This document shows, piece after piece, positions 10,115 to 23,300 of a stretch of 64,000 bases of DNA. The stretch is taken from contig NC_134031.1 of NCBI RefSeq assembly GCF_964204645.1, forward strand, positions 3,658,001 through 3,722,000. The letters are read 5' to 3'. Under the pieces are notes generated by a model. It did not search any database, was not told the DNA's origin, and saw nothing but the letters and a program-made list of their open reading frames with translations. A program made the position numbers and the translations under genes. Each line of letters opens with the position of its first letter. Positions within the stretch are counted from its first letter, which is position 1. Source of the stretch: Tubulanus polymorphus. Its lineage: Eukaryota > Animalia > Nemertea.

Positions 10115-11025
10115 GTTTTCAGGGACAAAATTTAAGATTTACATCTTAAGATGTGATATTCAAGATTCTAAGTTGTAATATATACAATGGGAGGTTTCAA
10201 GTCATGGGATATAAGCATTTAGGTTTTAAGATTAAATCGTTATGAGACCTTTCAGAATTCCATCCGCGACTATTTTTGGAAGTAAGTACGCACACTGGGG
10301 GCCCGTTTTATCTTTGAAAAGATATTTTGCCTTTGAATAACTTAATTATCGTGACCTGCATCCTCAGCAAGGCAAATGCCAAGAATAACCTTTTAAATAG
10401 TTAGAACTTAACCTCCTCAATTAGTTGCCGCTTGGAGCGGAGGGAAAATGCCCCGGCGAAAACCAGTAGGTCTTCGCGCATCAACGGTTTCGAAAACTTG
10501 TTTTCACGCCGAGGGGCAAAAGTTAAACAAACATCGTCGAGTCGAAAATGAATACCCCCTTCGCTCTGAGCGGTGGTTCAAAAAACCGAGATAACCTCAT
10601 AACCTCAAACATCAGAGGGCTTTTATGTGAGAATGAATACATTCCGACACAATCAACAAGTCATCGCGAATAATAGACGAAAAACGTGTAAAGAAATTTT
10701 GATTTCAGATATTCTTTAACTTTAACTTTTGCATGCGGAGCAGAGATCAAGTCTCGTAGATGAGAATGTGCAAAGATGCAAGGTTTTGAGTTTAGAGAAA
10801 TGAAAAATGAACTCGTTTTTATTAGCGTTAACTGAATCATAACTTCACTATTTTAGTGTAATTGAAAATGAACTTGTAATCAGCATTCTGATTTCGAGAG
10901 AATTTTGATCCTTTCAGTAGTAACTGAGCTCTGAGAAAGGTCAGCAACTACTCTCAAGTAGTGATGCAAGTCAGGTCTGGAAAACATATCGTAAAAAAAT
11001 CGACATAACATCTTATGATACGTAC

Positions 11026-11214
11026 CTGATCAGATAGAGATAATGTGTGCATATTTTTGGTAATATTGAAATGCAAAACGCTGTATTTGTTTTGAGTGCA
11101 GAGATCGTATGCGATACCGGCGAACGATGTGCTACCGGTCTTCGGTACACGGTTATATATGATAATATCATGGTCGAACTCGGGACTAGACGATGGGTTC
11201 TCATGGTAATCCTC
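11026..11214 (-). CDS. HS2ST1: HS2ST1 exon (189 bp) with 5'-phosphosulfate-binding loop
   Basis: EDYHENPSSSPEFDHDIIIYNRVPKTGSTSFAGIAYDLCTQNKYSVLHFNITKNMHTLSLSDQ carries the HS2ST signature IIYNRVPKT[AG]STSF; canonical AG/GT boundaries, phase 0/0. Confidence 0.97.
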
Positions 11215-11319
11215 CTGAAATAATGAGAATAACACAAATTCTTCATATTGTTTTAATTTCATTCCATTATTAGGTAATAAATTTATGAAGTATCTATAAC
11301 ACCCAAACTATGATTTTCA

Positions 11320-11690
11320 GAGGGCTACAGCCCTTGGACAAACTGGTCCCGAATGAGACCCTAGTCCTATGTGGACCCCCCAGACTCTCACCTTTAGAGT
11401 GCTACATTTGGCACAGCCCCCCGGACAAACTGGTCCTGAATGAGACCCTAGTACTATGTGGACCCCCAGACTCTCACCTTTAGAGGGCTACAAGTGGCAC
11501 AGCCCTTGGACAAACTGGTCCCGCATGAGACCCTAGTCCTATGTGGACCCCCAGACTCTCACCTTTAGAGTGCTACATTTGGCACAGCCCCCCGGACAAA
11601 CTGGTCCTGAATGAGACCCTAGTCCTATGTGGACCCCCAGACTCTCACCTTTAGAGGGCTACAAGTGGCACAGCCCTTGGACAAACTGGG
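11320..11690. repeat. ~85-bp minisatellite with alternating A/B units (~170-bp higher-order repeat)
   Basis: Units alternate gtgctacatttggcacagccccccgg and gggctacaagtggcacagcccttgg. Confidence 0.9.
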
Positions 11691-12324
11691 CACAAACCAG
11701 ACTCTACTAGTCATATTTGGCTCAACCCTAATTATAAAGCGCGTTCACACATAAACCACTCTATTATTGCCAAATGCTGAGCTCATGCTCAAAATGATAC
11801 TGTGGCAAGTGAGGTGAGTCACTTCCTAAACCAGTTAGCATTTATATATAATAATTTGACCCAAGCTAAAATTTGGCACAGCCTAGTCTGACATTTTTGG
11901 TTGGGGCAAGTTCAACTGTCAAACAGGCACAAATCCATTTGGCGCTTAAGTGCCCGATTAGGCCCGGGCCAATTTCGATCCAGTTCAAAAACTATTGAGC
12001 TGAAAACTTGGAATTAGAGTATATCGGTTTGCTAAATGCAATACCGCAACGCCAGGGGGTCGTATAGAAAAATCAGTGGCGATCAATCCAAATTCAGAAA
12101 ATATTGGCAGTACTTGAAGAAGAAAATGTTGGAATTCAGAATATGTGCTCACTCAACTTACACACAGGTTGGGAACCAAAGCGTCAGTTATACTGATTTA
12201 TGATTTATTTCATGATTTCCTGTTTATCCTATAATCAGTGTTCGTGCGAGAATTTTTTTGAAAAACCAGCCGGAAGCCACATCAGTTCCAAAACAACATT
12301 CGACGGGCGTGAAATCATAATTAC

Positions 12325-12404
12325 CTTATTTCCGCTGTAGCTCGAAGGAAGTCTGCGTTGAGCTAACTTGGAATTTCCTGATTGAAAATCAGCGACGGCT
12401 TCTT
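12325..12404 (-). CDS. HS2ST1: HS2ST1 stem-region exon (80 bp): (E)EAVADFQSGNSKLAQRRLPSSYSGNK
   Basis: tttcAG acceptor and GTAATT donor; phase 1 start and phase 0 end join the next exon in frame. EEAVA resembles the vertebrate HS2ST1 segment ERAIA that follows the first intron. Confidence 0.7.
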
Positions 12405-12558
12405 CTGAAAAATATTCACAAAATGCATATTTTTTAACTGCGCAAATGACTAAAAGGTCATAGAAATTTGATATAGAAATTTTGCGATTATTCGGCATAG
12501 TTGGTCATATATGCAATAAATCTAATTGGGGCCAAGGAAATCTAACTTTAAGCCCCAG

Positions 12559-12827
12559 AGCCCGGTTCTGTAGTCAAGACTTAAGACCAAAAGTAATCTT
12601 AAACCTTACGATTGGTCTTAAGTTGTTAGATTGGCTATAGAACAAAGATGGTCTTAAGTCAAAGCCCTGACTCTGGAACCGGCCCCAGGGGTCTGTTGCA
12701 TAGTTATGGCTTAGACTTAAGACCAGTCTTAGAGCGACTTAGTTCTGCAGCCAATCTAACAACTTAAGACCAGTCTTTAAGATTTAAGACCACTTTCGGA
12801 CTTAAGTCACGACTGTGCAACTGGCCC
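12559..12827. mobile_element. Two adjacent copies of a ~135-bp MITE (family A, PIF/Harbinger-like)
   Basis: TIR GGGCC[AG]GTTGCA[CT]AGT with CTTAAG-rich interior; CAG trinucleotide at 12556-58, 12686-88 and 12828-30. Confidence 0.75.
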
Positions 12828-12855
12828 CAGGTCTTAGAAACCGCCTAATAACATT

Positions 12856-13073
12856 AGCCGCGATCACAGGGAGACGATTTGGCTCGGGCCAAATTGGCAC
12901 GGATCAGGCTCGATCCGAATTTGGTCCGTGGCAAATTAGAGAGCGCGTTCACACTCACTCGATACTAAACAAATCGAAGAGTCATTTCCAGTTCAAGTTG
13001 CGATTCGAACGCGATCATTTGTCCCCTACCTAAAATTTGGCACGGGCCAAAGACGCTCGTGTAGATCGCAGCT
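12856..13073. mobile_element. MITE family B (TIR AGCCGCGATCAC)
   Basis: Terminal inverted repeats. Related copies lie at about 1864-2086, 11730-11985, 15340-15525, 22900-23175, 23956-24260, 25740-26090 and 43705-43962, sharing aatttggcac and tgctgtggcaagtgaggtgagtcac motifs. Confidence 0.7.
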
Positions 13074-13657
13074 ACAGATTCGAACGATGTTAACATATGT
13101 ATCAGGGAGTTTCCCCTGTGTTGACTATCAATGTTTCTCGTAAATGTTTATCACATCAAATCGAATCTAGAATCTAAAATTTCAAAACTCGATTTCGTAA
13201 TATTTCGCGCCCCGGAGGTGCGCGCGGATCGCATTTCATAGCGACAACAAAGCTGTCGTTTTTATCGACTTCGTTGTTCAGAGTTGATATATATCAACCG
13301 TATACACTTGAAAATGATGCATCGTCTCGTCGAAATGATACAAAATTGAACGCATCATAAAAAGGGAGTGAAACGCGCGTTGACGCCGTAAACCGAGCTA
13401 CTCTATTACCTGCAGGGACCTACTTCAGTATAGACCGGTTTCAATCGCAGCCCTTCATTTATCTAGTATTTGTCAAACCCCGAGGGCTAGTCGATATAAT
13501 AGTTTGAACTTTTTTAAATAAAAATACACATGAAAATGTATTTCATATGTATATATTACGAAAGCGCGTCATGTTGATTCAGGTAGAACATTATAATACC
13601 TTTTTCAGGTTGAACTTCATGGATGGTTTCACTCATTGCCAATTAAGCTGGACCAAG

Positions 13658-14085
13658 GGGGGCCAGTTGTACAGACTGCTGGGCCCAGTGGCAAGTCCCT
13701 AAGTGGTTTTGAATCACAACTAATTTTAACTGCTTATAGAACTGAAATGGGCAAGATTTCTAAAAAAGTTGTTAGACTGGCTATAGAACCAAAATGAACT
13801 TAGCACGGTCGTAAATCTAAGCTTTGCCTGCAAGACTGGCCCCGGGGCACAGTCTCGAGTTAAGTCCAAAGTGGTCTTAAATCTTAAAACTGATCTTAAG
13901 TTGTTAGATTGGCTGTAAAACGAAAATAAGCTTAGACTGGTCTCAAATCTATTAGTCTATATGTTTTGACTGTGTAACTAGCCACAGGGGCCAGTTACAT
14001 AGTCGTGGCTTAGGCTTAAGACCCATCTAAGATCAACTTAGTTCTATAGCGAATAACTTAAGCCATGACTATGAAACCAGCCCCT
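13658..14085. mobile_element. Cluster of about three degenerate family A MITEs
   Basis: Repeated aagttgttagattggctatagaac core and GGGCCAGTT termini. Confidence 0.7.
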
Positions 14086-14302
14086 GGGTCTTTGAAACTG
14101 GCTCACAAACAAGAACTCAAAATTGGACAGATTTTTACGATCGTAAAAGATCCTCGAGCCGTGTTCATAATCTAAAAACGACGCAGTGGTCGTTACGAAA
14201 TAATTTCCTTATTGAGACAGTTGTTTATATTAAGCGGTACATCAAAGAACAATCATATTAGAGCTGTACGGCAATCAGTGCGAATCAGATTCTCATCTTT
14301 AC

Positions 14303-14667
14303 CGGAGCAGGAGAGAGAGGCAGGGAGCGGGAGAGAGAGGTAGGGAGCGGGAGGGAGAGGCAGGGAGCGGGAGAGAGGCAGGGAGCGGGAGGGAGAGGCA
14401 GGGAGCGGGAGAGAGAGGCAGGGAGCGGGAGAGAGAGGCAGGGAGCGGGAGGGAGAGGCAGGGAGCAGGAAAGAGAGACAGGGAACGGGAGAGAGAGGCA
14501 GGGAGCGGGAGAGAGAGGCAGGGAGCGGGAGGGAGAGGCAGGGAGCGGGAAAGAGAGACAGGGAGCGGGAGAGAGAGGCAGGGAGCGGGAGAGAGAGGCA
14601 GGGAGCGGGGGAGAGAGAGGCAGGGAGCGGGAGGGAGAGGCAGGGACATGAGGGAGAGGCAGGGAGC
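14303..14667. repeat. 20-bp purine-rich minisatellite GGCAGGGAGCGGGAGAGAGA, about 18 copies
   Basis: Directly visible. Confidence 0.95.
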
Positions 14668-16899
14668 TCTAAGCTGCGGTAATTATCGGTGCACGAAACC
14701 ATGGATATCATCGCAATCATCTGCCGCAATATGCACTTGTTTGCTTCATGGCTCATTTAATACTCGTTTGCTCCTCGCTACTGAAAACAATTCTATCGGT
14801 ATATACCGGGCGATGAGCAGCGAGGAGTCTAAACGTGAACGCTGGCTGCATCGTTCTCCGATGTTATATCAACACGTTTACACGGTAATATGACTTCCAG
14901 ATATCATCTCCGGAATGACCGACCGATGTGAAAATTTGTGACAAATTCGGGATTCGAACCCGATGTCATCGCAAGAAAAAAAACGTCCTCCTTCAACCTA
15001 GTCGGTAACCTTGGATATTCTCGTTCCGATTATAAAAGCTTACCACCAACGATTAGGTAATTAACTACGGTAAACCCTGATGTAATCATCACTTCGAAGG
15101 AACTCGAATCCGGTACAAATCCTTCTAGATTAATAACCACATTTGAATCTGATGGCGATACTTATTAAACTCATCATCCACCATCACAGTTACCAGCCAT
15201 TGTTGGACTTTGCCGCAGTACAAACCCCTGGCCCTAGTAGACTCATCATCATATAGATCTTTACCTGTTGATGTCATGAGACTGTCAGAGCATAAACCCC
15301 TGCTCTAGTAAATCGATCAATTAATTCTGCCCGGAATAGACCCCAGTTTTGACCCCAAATTTGGCCTGTGCCTAAAGATTCACATGTAAATCACTCACTA
15401 CAAATACTATCTAAAATACCATCAGAATGATGCTGTGGCAAGCGAGTTGGCGAGTCATTTCCAGGGCTTCATCCGGCGTTGGCTAAATTTAGACCGGGTC
15501 AAAAGGCTCAGGTGATGGCGGCTGGTATTCGTACGCCAGTCACACATGAAAAGCTGTATTTTTCTAGTCAGATTTTCTTTTTTTTCAGTCTTCCGTCGGA
15601 ATACCAGTTATTACAACCTACGCGAATAGAGGGTATAAGACGCTGACCGCACGGACGCCGAAATCTTTTTTTTTACCCCTGCGCTTTAGTGCCGGTAATT
15701 TTCTCGGAAACTACACGAACGCGACTGCGTCCGCGAAGTCTCAGAAGTGTCCGCTGTCAACGTCGACGCCGTTATAATTGATTCGTGTCGCGTTTTTACG
15801 TTTTTATCTTCGCGTCGCCCCCGACGACGACGGCCCCCGGCCTCATTTATCACCGAACGATAGAAATTATTTTTCATCGGCCACTTACGACGCGATCAAT
15901 GGCGACGTTCGGTTGACCCGCAGCTGATTGGCTGATCTATCACGAACACGGGCGTCGTCTGCTTCGTAACTATGGTAACAGTCGTGCCGCAAGGCGGCAA
16001 AAGTCGAGAAGTATAAAAATCGGTCACCAGTTTATAGAAAGTCGTCGTATCATCGGAATCTTGAGCGTGGGAAATGAAGTCGAAGACAAAAATCTTTGTG
16101 AAACGTCAAGAAAACGGATTTCATAGTTATTATTTCATTAAACCTTTCCATGCACCTGAAAGGGCTAGAGATAATTTGAAAATTTCTAAAAATTCCACAA
16201 CAGTGCGTTGAATAATGGGCACAATTCTTGCATCTACACTGCAATGCGATGTATTGTTAGTTGTAATTATTCCATTGTTTGACAGCTGCCATCTTTTAAT
16301 TCAGATAAAAACTAATAGCATCAATACACCGCTGTGCAGTGTACTAGCTAAGTACATCACCAATTTATACACTGCACTGCGGTGTAGACACATTGAAAGG
16401 GTTAATATTGTGAGTTTTTTATATAGACTATGTAGTGATTGCAAGTAGTAGTTGATTTCGAGAAAAAGGTTCTTCAGAACGTCATCAGGATTTTTGCCAT
16501 GCATGCGTGATATCTTGCACACAGTGGCCAAAAATATAATAACCGGGTAACTGGGTTAAGGAAAGCCGTATTCAGGCACGTTTAATGGCTTCATCAAAAT
16601 CAACACCACTTCATCAATGTAAAATGGCCACTTGGTAAAATCACACATAGATATAATATATCTTTCCCTCTCTATTTCTCGTAGGCAATGTCAATATTGA
16701 TTTGAGGCAAAAAAAAGCCGATAAAAAACCAACGACCGCCATTTCGCATCATGCTCGTCACAGACACCAGTGTGCCAATAAACTCATCTGTTACGTATAG
16801 AATTATTTCCGAGTATTGAATCTGAATAACTTTCTGTCTGTTATACTTAATATCATCAGTCTGTGACCATCACAGGTTCGTTCAGCGTCAGTTCTGTTG

Positions 16900-17170
16900 T
16901 CCACTCTTGTCTTTTGAGCTGGTCGGTACTCTTGTCCATCAACTGGTCAGTCTTGTTCATCCATTGGTCAGTCTTGTCTGTCTACCATTTAGTCCTCTTG
17001 ACCATCCAAGTCAGTCCTCTTGTCCAACCACTGGTCAGTCATGTTTATTCACGGGTCAGTCCTCTTGTCCATCCACTAATAGTGGGATGGATTAGAGGAC
17101 TGACCACAAGTCAGTTGACCGGTCAGTCCTCTTGCCCAACCACAGGTCAGTCCTGGTAAGCAGCTGACCA
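16900..17170. repeat. Degenerate ~22-25-bp tandem repeat (ggtcagtcctcttgtccatccact)
   Basis: Directly visible. Confidence 0.75.
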
Positions 17171-17709
17171 GTTTTGACGGACGAACTTCGACTAACTGAT
17201 ATTCAGTTTCACTTAGTTCGCCCCGGTCTCTCATGTTGTGATCATTGATTTATTGCGATCTCCGATAATGATGAAGATCTAGCTTTTTTTCGGACAGAAA
17301 CCAATTTGTCCTGACACGACGGTGGCTTACGCGCATTCCTCATATTGTCCCGGCGTCACTTGTTTTCATTTTTTACTTTACCGAGTGGCGCTGGTTACTT
17401 CATATGAAGAGACCCATTTTTCCCACTGTATCAGACGACGGAATGTTTCTCTGAATGTTTGCTATAAAACGATACGCAGCCTCCCACAACACACAAAACC
17501 CGAAACCCGTCCATGAAAATGATCCATTTTCATCTTGTTTTCTACTACAACACGAATGATATTTGTGATGAATAACTTTTTTCGAATAATGAAAACTATG
17601 CAGCCGACATTTTTTTTTAGAGACACATTATTACGAGTCAGGCTTCAACGATTTCAATTAAATAGCTAAACATGTGGGGCACGGATTTGCATATATCGGT
17701 AGCTAAACT

Positions 17710-18170
17710 GTCTCATAAGACATTTGCAGATATCTTTAAGCATGCTATTAGGGGTTCCTCCATGAAAAATTTGCAGCCTATGCCTTATTGATGGCACGAG
17801 GCTTGTGATTTAAGGATATTGTTCAATGAGCGAGCCTGTCATTAAAGCACTTGCCTCATAAGACATTTGCAGATGGGGTACCTGCCATTAGGGATTCCTT
17901 CATGAAAAACCTTCAGCCATATGCCTTATGCATGAGGCCTGCGATTAAAGGACACTTTAGTGTGCGCACAGGCGGAGGCCTGTCATTTTGACTTATCAGA
18001 CATTTGCAGATAGTGTAACAATGCACCGGAGCCCGCTAAGGTCCCGCCTCATGGAAAATTAGCAGCCTATGCCTTAAAAATGTGCGCACAAGGTTTATGA
18101 TTAAAGAACACTTCTTGCCTTGGCGCGTCCGTGCAGGAGTGCCAGTCATTAAGGACTTGCGTCGCTGATT
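17710..18170. repeat. Degenerate ~140-bp tandem repeat, about 3 copies
   Basis: Recurring agacatttgcagat...catgaaaaat...gcagcctatgcctta...gcctgtcatt. Confidence 0.75.
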
Positions 18171-18961
18171 CTTTAGCTTAAGGCGTACATACATAACAAC
18201 CCCTGCCATTACTACCAGAGGCGTGTAGTCATATCACGCAAGAAATTGATATCAAACCAATTATTAAAAAGACAGAAAATACTCGTGATTAGAAATAGAA
18301 AAAAAACTATCGCCCGCAAACATGAAAACGGATCATAAACTGCCACGTCAAGAGCACCACATCGACATGCCTCAAACGAACGAACCAATGCTGCCGGATT
18401 ACCGACGTATCATTTCCATAAAACGAAAGCGCATTTTTTTACGAGTAAGGAAATAAAAACGCGCGCGCGGATCATTTACCCGAAAATAGTAAACGACGGT
18501 CGACGTCTCGAGCGAATCGATATCCGACAAAAACGCGGAAGAAAGGTTCAACGGAAGAGAGGCGGTATTTACCGAAAAATTTCAAAGTCTAACGCCATTT
18601 ACGACTACGACGAATTGGCAGACGGATGAACGACGCGCCGATGATCTCTTTCGGGGGATCGAGATCGTCGTTGCTTTGATCAGAAGTTTTTACCCGGCGA
18701 ACGGCTTTCGATTTAAATCCGTTGTCAAAAGGAAAGCCGTTAATAACCGGGCGCCCTATTTTCGTTCCTACGCTGCGATTTTTTCTAATCGACTGAAAAC
18801 GTTTGAACTTGTTCAGAATTCATCGGTACGAACTGAACTAGTCCACAATCGAGTTTATAGTTTATTTCATATATTCGTTTATTTCGTAATTTAAATAAGT
18901 CCAATTTGATACCGGTTTAAAAGCCCTGAGAAATAGCTCAAGTTAGGTCATTCTACTCCTG

Positions 18962-19069
18962 GATCCGGTTCCACAGTTGTGGGTTAGAGTTAACTCTGAG
19001 TTAAGATTAGTTCATTTTCAATGTTTTAACTCGGGGTCAAATCTTAACTGACAACTGTGGAACTGGGTC
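18962..19069. mobile_element. 108-bp MITE, Harbinger-like
   Basis: 19-bp TIR GA[TC]CC[GA]GTTCCACAGTTGT; CTG on both sides. Confidence 0.7.
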
Positions 19070-20049
19070 CTGGACACCAAATAAACCAGTCACATCCATT
19101 ATATGTTTTGTTATTTGTCAATGTTTAGACTTGGAGATTCCCTTCTGAAACCAACTGTAACAATTCGAAGATACTTTCAGTCCTCCAACGATTACGTTAT
19201 TACAATGTCATAAGTTACCATAAAACTTCGATAAATAAAGATCAAAATAAATTAGCAAATAATCTTGATTCAACAAGTGTGACTTGAAAGTTATTAACCA
19301 ATTACTGAATGATAGATATAAGACTTGAAATGTCAGCATATTACCCCCATCCAAAATATCTAGTTTACAGGATGTCCCTTTCCAAAATACTTGATTTCGA
19401 GAATGAATTATCATTGATAATTTGTTTGCGACTGCAGAACAGGATTGTAAAATATATCAAATGAGTTAGGTAGGCCTATGCGGTTAATACAACTGGTTAC
19501 TCAAACACTAAAACATTTTTTGAACACCAGATTCGTTTGATTTGTACCTAGCTTAATTCTAGAATAAGTGACTACTCCACAAAGACCAGATTTGAGCGGA
19601 CTTAGTTATAAAAGAGCTATAAAATCATGTTTAAACTGTATTAGACTGTACAAGATAGCTTTAAAATCAAGTTCAAAAAAAGTTGTGAATTAAGTGGTTA
19701 AATCGTGATTAAAATGCTATCAAATGAAATCAAAGGGGTCGAAAATGTCAATAGAAACAGTGACTCATTCTTTCATTAATAGCAGCGTTCTTTTACCGAA
19801 CAGCTTTTCTCTGCTCGGCGAGCCCCGACAAATAAATCGAACCAACGCTCCGGAAATTTACAATTATCGTAGACAAACAAAAATGACAATCCAATAAACT
19901 GATGACGAACCCCGAGTTGAGAGAAAATACAGTAGACGTGGTGTTGGTGGTGACAGAGGCCGTGGTACAAAGACATCTGTGCATAAACTATTGTCAATCT
20001 AACCTCACGATAAACAAACTCATATCAATCTACTGTCGCATGAACTCCT

Positions 20050-20335
20050 GTCCGTCTGTCCTCAACCAAACTCACATCCGTCTGCCCTCAACCTAACTCT
20101 CATCGGTCAGTCCTCAACCAAACTCTCATCCATCTGTCCGCAACCAAACTCTCATCCATATGTTCTCAACCAAACCCTCATCCGTATGCCCTCAACCAAA
20201 CTCTCATCCATATGTCCTCAACCAAACTCTCATCCGTCTGCCCTCAACCAAACTCTCATCCGTCTGCCCTCAACCAAACTCTCATCCGTCTGCCCTCAAC
20301 CAAACACTCATCCATCTGCCCTCAACCAAACACTC
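20050..20335. repeat. 26-bp minisatellite CTCAACCAAACTCTCATCCGTCTGCC, about 11 copies
   Basis: Directly visible; explains the three staggered ORFs starting 26 bp apart. Confidence 0.95.
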
Positions 20336-23300
20336 GGCTTGGCCTCCTACATACTCATACAAATATGCACTTGTATCCAGCTGCCCTAGCATTGTAAATC
20401 GATTTGTATATCGGAATTCGTTAACAAAAATCAGCGTAGTTCATTAGTTTTTCAATAAATGACTCGATCATGTTCGCTCGACTGCCGTTGCGTATTTCAT
20501 CGATGTTAGGTCTGCATCGTAATTTGATTTCGGGGGTCACGAACACGCTGTGAATGAGAGTTTGATGAGAATTTTTTAACGCCGGGGCTGCAACGATTAC
20601 GATTCATTTCATATTTCCGCGACTTGTTACACACGTCGTCGTCAGTCGACGCGGCGTTCACAGAGAAACGACGTTCATTCTATTTGCGAGAAAGTTCGTC
20701 GCAAAACGATCAAAACTCGTTCTGCGAAATGATTGAGAAAAATATTCTGAAAAACGAGGCTTTTTTCAGAAAATCGAAAATGATAGTTTTGTAGTAGGTC
20801 ACGAATAGGCGATTTTGGTTCAAAGACCGATTTACCGAATCAAATCCCCGATCAAATGAATCAGTATATATTTTTTCACCTCATATGCATTCATTCAATG
20901 GAGGAGGCATACTTGATCTACAGCAATTGCCAATCAAAAACTCAGCGATAAGATCGAGCGTGTTTTATTCCCGGAAAGTCAATTCACCGATAAGAAAATG
21001 CACATCGCGTCCCTTCGCGAAATTTGGCGCAAAATAAGGCCGAGTAAATTTGCGTAGTCCGCCGTCGTAACGGGCTTTACCGTCCGTGCGCCCGTCCGTC
21101 TGTTGAGCAAATTTTCTTTATCAATTTTCTCTCCGCCGCGGCAACTGATGAAGAAAATGGCAACAGATGAAGAAAATCTCCTCGGTCCCGACGACGCCGG
21201 CCGAGAATTTCTGCGTCTGCGTCGTCGTAAAAGCCGACGAAAGCGCGATATTATTCATCATTACGCGATCGATTTTCAATAAGACTTTACGCTTTTCTTT
21301 TAATAGAAATCGCATTCATCGTTTTAAAAACGCGGTGATTTCTGACGGAACGCCGCGCGTTAATGTGCCTTTTACTAGTATCGGATTTCTGGGTTGTTTT
21401 TTTTTCTAATGCTACCGCCTGAAAAGCGACCGCCCGCAAAATACGATCGTCGCGTTCAACGATGTTATCTACAGTAGAAAGAATTCGTGTCAAGACGTAA
21501 TTCTATCAATTATCCCCTCGAGATTACACCCGGTTTGAGGTCTTGGGAAAAGGAAAATGAGCTAATTAAAAGGAATTCTGGAATTAGATTAGCGGTATCA
21601 TAGAATAGGAGATGTGAAGAAAAAACCATGTACCACTACGGGTTGACTTTTTGGTAAAAATTCTGATCGTTACATTCTTGTAATTCAGCCTAGTAGGTTA
21701 GGTCTAAATATAAGTAGACAAATTCATTTTCTTGCAATTTTGAATTAATGACAGGTTCTTGTGTTGAACCATGAACTCTGATTTCACAAACTAGAAACAT
21801 CAGACTAAAAGTGAAAAAATTCAAAATTCTTCAAGAATTCAATACTGGCTAGAAAAGAAAATTAATTAAATAACAGATTATCTTGCCCCTCTTGATAGCA
21901 TTCTACATAATAATGTCTTTATATACATTTCAATCAAATTCTAGTTAACTTTTCTCATTAATAAGTAAATTATTTTTAGTGAAATCTATAGCATAAACTA
22001 AATTGAGAAAGCGAATCTGACTCGTTTGATAATTTTCAGATTTGTAAGCTTAAGATTCAAGTTGAAATTTTATCAAACATGAACTAGTTTTATAACGAAT
22101 TACGCAATGTATTGATGCGCCATCTGGTGAGTGCCGGTAGCACATTATAATTTGACTATTGAGTTCAACAAAACGTCGGAAATGAATAAATCTCAACTGT
22201 TTAAGAGTCAACTGTGGAAGTCGCTTCTGCTGGTACTAAGTAGCTATTATACCTCGGAGTATCGGGGTATCGGGGTATCGGGTATCGTGTATCACTGTAA
22301 TTCAAAAATGATCAATCATCGGAATTATGACTCGAGGAAAAAATACCAACGATATTTCCATATATATATATATTATACGAGATAATGGTAAAAATGGATG
22401 TATTTCTCGATGGTTCTTCAGCCATGTCCCGAAGGCAAGCGCTAACGTGACAACCATAGAGAAATCACATCTCCCATTAAAAGCCATTAAGTCAAATACG
22501 AACGACTTTTGAAATAGATATATCATTTAAATCAATTTGGAAGAGGTTTTGTGAAGCTCGGTGGGTTTCGTATGGCTTTGTTGATGTCCTTTTAAGCTAT
22601 AAATCTTTTTTTCGGCCGTGTTACATTGATACCTATGACCTGGCATTTAACATTGAATCGATTTCAATACGCTTTTCAGAAATGTTTCAAAACACGGTTT
22701 CTATCTCTTCTATTTGTTCGTCCTTATCTTAATGCGTTCGAAAAACATGTTCGTACACGTTTGATATTTCTATTCTTTCTCTGCTCCTGTTACAAAGTCA
22801 CTTCGCATTGAGGTGGATTATGGACAAATATTACGATCATAAATCTGCTGCTATAGAAATTGCAATGAAACTTTAACCACGAACAATCGAACATTTTTGG
22901 TCTGGACCAACCATTCACACCGGTGCTAAATGGGTCCAAGCCCGTTTGTCATGGGCAAAATTTTGCCCGACCGAAACATCGGACCAGGCCAATGCCAAAT
23001 TTCAGTACAGGTCTAATCATTGGTAATGACCATCACCACATCATTTTGATAGCATTTTATTAAGGATTGAGTGATAAATGTGCGAAAGCGCTCTTTACTC
23101 AAGCATAGGCCAAATTTAATTCAGGTCTGGTCTGGGCCAGTTTATCTCATGTCATCATCTCCGTGCGATCGCGGAACACAAATTCCGCACGCTTATCTCA
23201 TTTTGGATACGACGTTGAAGTAAGAATGATCATTTGAATAGGTTTCTTAAGCAGATACTTTCCCGGATTACTGTAGGATTCGGTATCGATTTCCCAGTAA

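Noticed and set aside
14253-14756. Pro/Ser/Leu-rich ORFs
   Set aside because: Translation of the 20-bp purine minisatellite.
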